Of a stretch of 64,000 nt of DNA, positions 53,965 through 64,000 are shown in pieces. The notes beneath the pieces are model-generated. The model was not told the origin of the DNA, did no database searches, and worked only from the letters and a program-made list of their open reading frames with translations. Source of the stretch: Balanoglossus misakiensis. Taxonomy: Eukaryota > Animalia > Hemichordata. The position numbers and the translations under genes are program-made. The stretch lies in NCBI GenBank assembly GCA_040954595.2, contig CM082593.2, positions 3,365,434-3,429,433 on the forward strand. The letters are read 5' to 3'. The stretch's first letter is position 1. Every line of letters begins with the position of its first letter.

Positions 53965-54245
53965 TTTTTTGTTCTTTTGCTTTTGTCTACATATTTCCTG
54001 ATTTTATTTGTTCTTTCATCTCTATTACTTACAGTCAGAAATTCTTTTATGTTATGATTATTTTTTTTTTGTTATCTTGCTTTTGTTGACATATTTCCTG
54101 ATTTTATTTGTACTTTTCATCTCTATTACTTACAGTCAGAAATTCTTTTATGTTATGATCATTTTTTTTGTTGGTTCTCTTGCTTTTGTCTACATATTTT
54201 ATTTGTACTTTTCATCTCTACTACATACAGTTAGAAATTATTTTA
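53965..54245. repeat. T-rich tandem repeat of about 100 bp, about 3 copies, downstream of TRMT10A
   Basis: GCTTTTGT.. recurs at about 53979, 54079 and 54182, each followed by TTTCATCTCTA..TACAGT.AGAAATT. Confidence 0.9.
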
Positions 54246-55630
54246 TTTTATTTTATTTTACTTTACGATCATTTTCAATCTGGCTTCCAGCAATTTTTCT
54301 ATATCTGTGAAGTTGTAAAAATTCAGAATTCAAACTGGACTTCCATGTGTATGAAAACTCATTGAGTATGCACATTGCTGGAAATCGAACATCACTCCCA
54401 GGTATAAAGAAAACATTCCTCGTGTGAAAATCATGATTATTTTTTTTTATTTCCCATAAACAAAAAAATATACACAGCTATTATGGGTACAGTATTATTA
54501 TTTTTTTGCATTATTGTTTTATTTTGTTTTATAGTTTTACACACACTTAAAAAAGTTATATTGTGTTGGCTCAAACACACAAATGTCACTCATGATCCAG
54601 ATAAAAAGCTTGACACTTCCTTGAAAATAATTGATTTGCAGATTTGAAGGATTTTAAGAATTCTCACTCAACATTGTTGTAGTCTTTCTTCACTGAGGTA
54701 AAGCCAGTGATCATATTGAGACACGTATTTATTCCTTGGAATAACGTTGTGCGACTCTACTGAGAGACCAATCGTCAAGCTACCCACAGGGTAGCAACAA
54801 GCGCCCTCTAGCACTCAACAATGTGTTGCTCTTGTTTTTTTTTTTTAAGTTTGGCACTGGTATTAAAATGGGATAAACTGTGTACGATTTTCAAACAACC
54901 TTATCTCCAAGTTGAGCAAATTAAAATATTTACAGAGATACTTGGGTGATGGAAAACACACAATGACTTCATATTTTCCTACAAAGTGTCCAAAGTGGTA
55001 CAGATCATGTGAGCAAGTAAATACATAGAATTTGCATAGTCACCATGATGCATATGGACCTGGAATAATCTCCACAAAACATCAAACTATCCTACTGCAA
55101 GCTGTGTATCGCGTGGGTGAACTTCAAAAACACTCCAAACTAATGCTGTATACATAGTCGCACTGTATGACAACCTTAATGTGTACATTATCATCAGTGA
55201 TACTTTTAAATATATTGAAAAAGTAACCACAATATTTTTTTCACAAACAATACTTATATTCAAATTTGTGTCTTAAAATCCTCTGTTTGATGGGTTTACA
55301 TCGCAGCAGAGGCAAGCCATTTTGTTTTGTTTTATTAAAAATCAAGTAATTTAAAAGGAAAAACTTTTTATTGAGTTGCCCCTGCGTATTAGCACCCTTA
55401 CCCCTAGCTTTGAAACCTTCACACACACCCACTAAATATTAATGGTATCAACCAATCACAAATGGGTCCTAATTAATCAGGCTATTCCATTCAGCTGTGG
55501 GCTGGAGAGGAGCACGAATTGATGGACAATTCCAAGAAAAAAACCACAGCCTCTGTAATGCCAAATTGATGATTTTCACTACTGATCAGTCTCTGTACAG
55601 AAAAAAAAAAACAATGTAAATACAGGCTTC

Positions 55631-55722
55631 TCAACCCTTTCACGGCCATGGTTTGGTCCAAATCCATTGTTTTCTATGTTAAAATTGGACCTGTACAGGT
55701 AGAAACAGGGGTGAAAGGGTTT
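55631..55722. mobile_element. Copy of the ~90 bp piggyBac-type MITE
   Basis: (TCAA)CCCTTTCA ... TGAAAGGG(TT); interior matches 22480-22564 in reverse orientation. Confidence 0.75.
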
Positions 55723-56723
55723 TATCTTAGGCAGAAATACCACAACAGTCAATTACATATGAATAAAAAAAACACCATTGTACAGTTTGAGTTGACACCA
55801 CTCACAGTATATAAAACTTCTAGTCAAAGAATATGTACAAAATATTTTTAAGTCCACATCTTCAAAACCTACTTTTCGTTCTATTTGTATCCGAAGTTTT
55901 TATCTTACAGAGAGAAAAAATCACACTGCATTGTATGTTAATATCAGTAAGTTTAAGTTCACCCTACTGAATTCCAAATATAATACATCATTCCTAATTT
56001 TCTATGGCCAGTCAGACCATACCATTTGAATGTGGGGGTCGAGTGCTGCAACCAGTGCTTGAACTGATCCTGATTTTGTAATAATACTGATAGTTCAATG
56101 CCAGTTTTATGATATATTTACAGATTGTGAGAAGAATGTCTCAGTACAATTGGAAATATTGATAATTTTCAATAAGTAGCTGCAAAATGTTTATTCTCTT
56201 AACTGCTGTCAGTTTTTCAAAGATCTGAAGGTGGTCTTGACCTTTAATCTAGTTTTCTAACTGAATATTTGGCATGGTAATGTTTGTAGTGGAACCTTGT
56301 CATATTAAAATACTGAAATATCTGACAAATGTCAATGAGAAAAAAACATTTACCTGGTTAAAAGATTTGAAATTTTGGACGGAATGCTTGTGAGAGTAGA
56401 ATTTGTTAGAAAAAAAGCAAAATATTGCGCTACCCCTGATCAAATCTCCTTATGTTTTAGTGTATTTCATTAAGTATGCCGTAGATGCAGTGTTCCCTAA
56501 GTTACAAGCAGTTGACAGGTGTTACTCATGCTTGGAAAATGTTTTTAGGTGAACAGCAAACTCGCACACAAGATTTGTGATGTCAGCACGGAAGCTGATG
56601 ATGTCACACTCGCAAAAGCTTCAATGTAGCGCACAAAGTGATGACACGAACACATAAGGTGATGACACGTACACACACAGGGATATATAGTGAAGCATCG
56701 TTAGATTTGTGGTGTTTTTTTCT

Positions 56724-59700
56724 CTAGTTGTTGACTTGAGAGTCTTCGGGACGCCATTCTGTTTTGCCTTCGTCCGCGAGTGCAGATCGTAGCGACTGTC
56801 TCTGCGCCGCGATGTCCTGGTCGGCGATCGGGGTGGAGGTGTAGCGCAGCCGGGGTTCTGCGTTGAGGCCAACGGGGGACTGGCGGGATTTGATGTTGCG
56901 GGATGGGGGTCTTGGTGAGTGGTTTACCTTGAAGATGTCGGCTTTACTCTCCGTGGGTCTCAGAAACGCAGGGTCTGGAAGGAAGAATGGTCGGAAGACG
57001 GGAAAGGCGAGGGTTATTTGGAGCAACACACTGCAGGAGAGGGGGGGGGGGGTGTTCATCATGCAAGCATGACAATGGTGATAAAATTTGGAAGAGGGCA
57101 TTCTCTTCACCAAATTCTGCGTTGACAGTTCTCAAGGAACATTTTCACTCAAAAGAACTTTTATTAGTGTGTTCCAGCCTAGGGGGGCTGACTGGTGTTA
57201 TCTTTGTGCATTAAAAAGGGGCAGGCCCCACAGCAAAGTGAATATTTCAAACCCACTGCACACAGTGCATTGTAATGGAGAAATTTGACTGACATCTACT
57301 GAAGAAGTTGGAATTTTTTTAAATCGTCCAAATTTGGCCTTGGGGGAGGAGTTTTAATTCTGAGATCTGGAAAGAAGTTGACCGGGGGGTCGACCTCACC
57401 GTTTTCCTCATAGATTGTGTCGGGTTTCTTGAGTGGTGTCAGTGGCTTTTGTCCATTTTGTACGGCCGCCTGCCATTCATATCTGGAGTATCTCCCACTA
57501 CCACCTGTGTGCGACCGCCTTTCCTGGCCGTTGGTGGCGCCATTCAGCTGAGGCAGTTCTGAGCGCTTTTCGAGCGGTTCGCGCAAGTAATCAGCGGGCT
57601 GAGTGCGCGGTCTCTCTTGGATGTCCCTATATTCTGGGTTGTTGTCTTTGTGGTGGTATTCCTGTTCGTTTGTGAGAGCTGATTGAATCATGTCCAACAC
57701 TAGGTCTTTCTCTACAAGTTAAAAAAAAAAAAAAATATTAATCATTCATGCACATTTACTACATATTATTCATGTCAAGTTGGATAAGGAGCACTCCTTT
57801 TAAAACAGGAAATGATGTCATATGTGTCTTTTTGTAACAGGAAGTGATGTCTTAGGTACCTCTTTGTCCAGCTGAAACCAGCCATGCCTGGACTGCAGGC
57901 ACTGAGTCAGTCTGCAGAATCTGACACAACATTTCCAGCACCTAGGTTAAAAAAAAAAACTGTTAATAGTTGTCCTTTAATGTATACTCTTTAAAGGGTG
58001 TTACCCTTTGAAAAATACTGCTGGAAAAGTTACCCTCAATTTGTAATTATAATACAGGTGTATTAAAATTAAACATTTCAGTGAGCAGGGAATGAGCTCG
58101 ATAATTGCACATTAGACTGATAGGCAGCAATATTAGTTATTTTGAGCATTTCTGTGCCATCAATTCAGGTGTATGTTCATCAGTAGTGAAGCGTATCCAA
58201 TTTTCTTTTGTTTTCTCAACAACTGACAATGGCGCATAACCATGGAAACAGTGAACTCGCTCTTTTTTGCGATTACTCACCAAGGATTCGTTGTCCATCT
58301 GTGCTGCAAGGTGGTGATACAGTTCGGCCTTGCGTTGCTGTTGGCGCGAGGCACCACGAGACATGGCGCGAGACGGTGGTGGCAGCAGACGGCCGGTTTC
58401 GGCGGAGTACACGGCAGTCCTTCTGGGTTGTGCTTCTTCCTGCTTTTTGATTTCAGACGGGAGTCCCAGTCCGGCCTTTTCCGTCATGTTTCTCAGTTCA
58501 TCCCTCCATGAGTCTGTGACAGGCACTGGGGAAAAAATAAAGGAAAAATAAATTTTTTAATTTACCAAAACATATTTTTTATTGCACCTGGCCCATCCAT
58601 TTTGCTGACACAAAAGTATATTCTAAGGTGTGCATGCCATATAAGCATGTCGTGTTCATATTATGTGACAATTATCCAGAAATGCTAAATGCACAGCACA
58701 TTTTCCCATTCGAAGCCACTGATAACTTCACAGTGGAAAAAAAAGGATGATTCGCAGTTGTCATGGCAATGCTCTGGCAGAGCAGACACATTGGCCTGTG
58801 TTAGCACTTAGTGTACAATAATATTCCAGCGCCTGATTGAATTTCATCACAGCAAGGATAGGACATTTTACAATCCGGATGTGCAGTCATTAAGAACACC
58901 TTGACCCCTACTTGTCTCTTCTGTCGGCTTTGTTTTGTTAGTTTTTTTATTTCATTAAAGAGAATATTCACAGCAAATTAAAATGTGTTTGGCCACAAGT
59001 CTGTTGTCATGGCAACAAGGGTGCCCTTTTTGCCAATCATTCTGGTTACTAAGGCCGTCTCAAGGATGATCACCTGATCATCTTTTATACCTGTGGCAGT
59101 CTAGTTTTCTTGTCAGGATTTCAACAATTTACTTTGAACAGTCTAAAAAAAAAACAAATTATTTTTCTGCAGTTGTCTGCACATTGAAGATAGATAATAT
59201 TGACATCGATGTGTGATGAATAATAGATAAAGAGCAAATTTGAAGTGTCTCTGTTTAAACAGTCAGCATGTACAATCAAGTGCAAATGTACATTTAATTT
59301 CAAATATCTTGAAGTCTTTTCTCATAAAGTCTATTTAAATGTGGCGCACGTTTTAATAACAGCTCACTGAATAGGCTAACGTACACGACATTTCTGCAGT
59401 CCATCATTCTCATTTGATGTTTGTTTTCTTTTTTGTCAAACTCCATGTATTCAATTCCTTCTGGAGTAATTCAACCAAAATAACTGATGTCGCTCGTAAG
59501 GATGCTATCTTGTTTGACCGCCATTTCCACTGAGGTTAATGTAGCGTGTATTTTGTGTTTTTAATGAAATCTAGTTGGCAGTACCACTTGGTTGAATTTC
59601 TGGCTGTGTTCACAAATTGAAGAGTATAAATTGAATTATGTACCCTAACGCAGACACACTGGTGGTTTTATTTCAGTCTGTATACACAGCTCAGCTCTTT

Positions 59701-60196
59701 AATTTATCATCGAATTGTACAATTACCGCTACACGCGAGACGTCTTTAAGAATATCTCAAGACTTCTTGACGAAACGTGATAGGGCATGAGTCTCAGACA
59801 AGAATGAGTGTTATTAGAACGTTGCCATGGTAATCAGAACTGCATGATAGTGATTGACTTGGGAATAAGAAAAGGTGATAGTAATAGGAACCCCTACTTT
59901 CCCTCCCAATTAACCCGTAATTGACGATAGATTGTGTGCACTTACCCATTCCGTATTTCGAAGCCTTTTCCTTGAATCCCCACGGATAATTTGACAGTCC
60001 GGAGATGATGTCGATCGGATATTTGTTTGTGTTCATCATTGGGTTGAGGTTGTGCACGTTGTATGAGATGGCGTGGACAGGCATCCGCCCAGCGTACGAA
60101 TAAAGTCTTTTGGATTCTTGTGTGCTGGGGCGATTGTAGCGGGGATTACTGATGAAGCCTTCATCATGTACTGCACAGATGGGAACATCTAACAGA
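56724..60196 (-). CDS. TBATA: TBATA/C4orf17 (SPATIAL family) protein, 5'-partial
   Basis: Exons about 60196-59946 (GLLDVPICAVHD), 58525-58281 (DSWRDELR, YSAETGRLLPPPSRA), 57941-57860 (VLEMLCQILQTDSVPAVQAWLVSA), 57711-57400 (EKDLVLDMIQSAL), 56974-56724. Motifs match recalled TBATA/C4orf17 blocks, and the position matches C4orf17. The upstream exon(s) were not found and probably lie beyond the window end. Confidence 0.82.
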
Positions 60197-63100
60197 CCTG
60201 AAACGACCAAAAAATAAAAGTTCAAACATTTGGCCAGTAGTAAAAATACATGTGTATGTATTAAGGGTCATGTTGACTTTTCTCTCAATTCCATTCTACT
60301 TGTACTTGTATGAGTATACTGTGAAAGGCATAAAGAGTAGTTCTGTCTACTTATTAAGACTATTACAGCCTGCCATATTGTATTGCCTTCAATTAAATAC
60401 TAACTTCAAGACTCTATCATGATCATTCACAGCTCAACTGAACAAACTCTCCTGGACTTTATCACCTGGGCATTTAATTATCTTGCGATATTTGCAGCCT
60501 TGACAAAAGAATGATTCTGTCTAAATCCCGAAATAATGAATTTCAAGTTTTACTATACCAGCGTGGGTTTGACGTTTCCGTTCGCGTCATTCGAAAAAAC
60601 ATAAAAAATGCCTCTAAGGACGGGAAATGTTGTTCGGAATGATTGATCAGTGTTTCGTTTCTCTTTTCTGCTTGGCAAGTGATCTGCGGCACGGAGGATG
60701 TCACAGAGACACCTGGCAGTGTTATCAATAAAGTGTAATTAACATGCTTTTTAGCCTGGAGGCAAATTCATGGATCACTGCAGAGCCCCTCATCAATTCT
60801 AATATACACTGAAATATGTAGGTTAAGTTTCTACCACAAACTTCAGGTGGGAATAGAGTATTAGTCACCCATATATGAGTGCACTAAGTTTGTGAAATTC
60901 TGATCTTTATAGTGATCCAGATTTCCAGAATCCCAGCTACGCTATTTCTTTGTGTTGGTTGGGTGTGTATCTGATACTGTTTGTTCATTTTCACACTTTT
61001 GTCATGTAACTAATCATTTTTTTTCATCAACTACATGTAGCATTGTCAAAGTGTAGCTGTCTATCAATAGTGTCATGCACTGTGCAAGTTTACTATAGTA
61101 TAGATAAAGTGACTGAGTACAATGAGGTTTATAGAATTAACCAAACCACTACACGAATCTCCAAGTACAAGGTGGTTGCTAATTACCATCTTGTACCACG
61201 CACTTGGGGAGTTTTGGAACGTCAGATTTTCCCCTGTCAGATTTGAAATTGTACCTCGAGTTTGATGGTTTTACATGAATTATGTAGTTTGGAATATTCA
61301 AATGGGGTCTGGTATAAGGAGAAATTCCCTTGCGGACTTATGGTCAAAGAGGAAGTATATAACATAGGTCTTTGGAACTGAGGTTTGATTCCTGGGGTAT
61401 AACAAACAAAAGTAGTTTTTCATTAAATAGAGTGATTTGAAATTCTAGGTTGATATAAACAGATTGACACCAGAGTACAGAGACCTAAACATAGTCATAT
61501 GAACTTAGATATGTGAGTCAATAACTTGGCGATCATTGATTGTGTTTTGATTCAAAGGGTCAATGTGATTTATTATTCTGTCGGTGAGGTATGCCTTGGT
61601 TTTTATGTGAGATATTTCAGTTGCTAGATGCTGGGCATAGTTTGGGAATTAAATAAACTTGATAACTGAATTTAGAGTCGATCAAATTGTACTGTAATAA
61701 ACTTGAGATTCCTGAATCAACTTAATCCACATATGTCTTTGGTATGATTAAAATCCTTGTTGAGTTGCTAATTATTGGTAAGATTTTGTAACTCCTCAGT
61801 TGGAATGAGTTAATGTGAGTACACTAATTAATATTCTATCAGTGTGCCAGATTATATCTGACTTTGAATCACACAAAAATTAAACAAAAAGGAGATCCAA
61901 GAATTGTGGTAGCTTCCTGCATTGTGCTACACTACCTGAGAAGAGCCAATATGCCATTTATACACCAGTGTTCATTTCAAGTCAGTGTCTAGATTTACGA
62001 GATGAAACTCAACCTAAAAAGGACCCACTCAAATATGAATGCCCATGTCTTTAAAAATTGATTATCTGCACTTTTTGTATTTAATTATTCAGGATGACCG
62101 TCAGGCATTTTACAGTCATGTAAAAGTCCCTCCTGAGTTCTATGCCACAGTCATCCCTCACTGTTGCTATGGGGGTTCTGTTGTAGCAACAAGCACTAGC
62201 AGCTAGGCACTATTGGTGTGGATTCCGTGTTTAATGATTTACAGAGCTGGAGAGCAAAGAAGCCAGTTAAATGTGGAAGTGTTTCTGTCAAATCTACAAA
62301 TGTGGTTGTCGGTTTTTATTAGATTAAAACCTGAGCGTGATGAATGTTTGATAAAGGATGCTTAATAATTGGCAGCCAAATGGGTATTTTTCTCAGCGTC
62401 AAGCATGTCTACCTGTCACTTGACTCGGGCTGTAAAAACCCCATGCTCTTTTGGCAAATGCTTTGTGATTCAGTTTACTGCTGACAGCCGTCAAACAAAA
62501 TAACCAAGTACATGGAACAGTTTGCAGCTTTCTGCATGTGAGATCGGTGACCCGCAAGGCTAAATGCATTCTAACACAAAGGTGGTTTTCCTATTTGCTG
62601 GAGTCTCATGATGAATGACATCACGTCCACTCTTATCAACACCATCACTCTGTTTGTACATACAGTCTTGATGTCACAATGACATCTGATCAGAGAAAAC
62701 ACATTAAAAATACACCATAATTTCGATACGCTTGTTCCTTATTACTGTTTCTATTCTGGAAAAAAATTATAATGGGTGTACATTCTTCCATACCATTTAA
62801 CTGTTGCATTTTTGGACACAGAAGTTTCTGTGACAAATTTATGAACATCTAATACTCGATAAATTTTTTATTACGCCCTTTTAGGAGCTATTCATTTTAA
62901 TTTACTGCTACCCAGTTTCCCCCTAAGAACCTTACAACATGTAAAAATTTAACTACACATGTACTACAGTAGGTTCATTCTATATTTTCATATCATACAT
63001 TCCTGCATGGTCAAATATACATGTAAGCTCGACAGCCACTGTGTAAACACGCATGTGATTATATTGTCAGCGACAATTTTGAGACTACAAGTCAATTTCC

Positions 63101-64000
63101 TGATCGTACAGTGTAATATTCTCCCTCCTACAGTGCAAGTCATAAACCGGTCTCCACGTTCATATTTGAATCATTTCTAAGCAATATTTTATCATCTTTT
63201 GCTGCTTTGATCTTTCACCGAGAAATGTGATCCAAGTCATAAAATTTGAGATTCGCTGGAGCATAAAGTGATGGCTTTTAATGATTTTTTTTGTTTCCAT
63301 GGTAATAGTGGGTATAACGAGAGATAGAATGGGTTAGAGTGAGAGTGAGAAAGAGACACTCAGTCTTTGTTGAAGTGAAATCGTTGTGTCTGGTTACCAT
63401 GGTAATGTATCATTCAAGATTCAAGAAATGGCATAAGTTGAATTGAATAATGAAATGATCTGTGATTATTGTGATATCAACTCTGTTATCAACTTTGTTT
63501 TAACAAATACACATCATGTGAAACTAAATTATATATGCACTCAGTGAGATCAGATGTCTGTAAGTGAAATTTAAACTCTCAGTTAATTACATCAACACGC
63601 ATATATTATTTAATGTGTCCATTCTCTGCTAAACTTGGCCGGGAGGCTAAGAAATCTTGTTCTGCAAGATTAAACAACCATTTCCCAAAACACAGATGTT
63701 TTAAAAACATGCAAACAGGATATTGCGTTACAAATTGGGGTTATTGTGCTTACGCCCAAGGTATGAGGTGATTGCCTGTTAATATCCAGGACTGTTCAGA
63801 GTTATTAACTGCCACAAATGTCTTTCACATTTCATCATTCTTTTTAGTTTATTGCACTGCAAAATTACACCTTCCAAATCAATTTATGAAATATTATGCG
63901 TGCTTAAGCACAGAATCATTTATGTAAAAAGATAGGTCAATTACATAATTCTCAAAACAGTGATCAAGGCAGCCATGGTACAAAATGGTTAATGAGTTTA

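Overview
Gene-dense eukaryotic DNA with short GT-AG introns. It is most likely from an invertebrate deuterostome (hemichordate, echinoderm or amphioxus type); this is inferred from gene content, vertebrate-like protein sequences and repeat style, not proven. Nine genes can be assembled by hand, in order: a secreted trypsin-like serine protease (-), POLR3D (-) head-to-head with PRIMPOL (+), CDP-diacylglycerol synthase CDS (+), a PARM1-like mucin-type membrane protein (-), a CHST-type carbohydrate 6-O-sulfotransferase (-), MTTP (-) head-to-head with TRMT10A (+), and a 5'-truncated TBATA/C4orf17-family gene (-). There are also microsatellites, tandem repeats and small MITEs. The main points of interest are: (1) three 24-33 bp CAT...ATG palindromes with 7-bp flanking duplications that resemble P-element excision footprints; (2) the MTTP-TRMT10A-C4orf17 block in the same order and orientation as in human; (3) an apparent invertebrate PARM1 with a conserved endocytic tail; (4) a cluster of RFX X-boxes in the TBATA/C4orf17 gene. 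Exon boundaries were read by eye, family calls rest on recalled motifs, and no database search was run.
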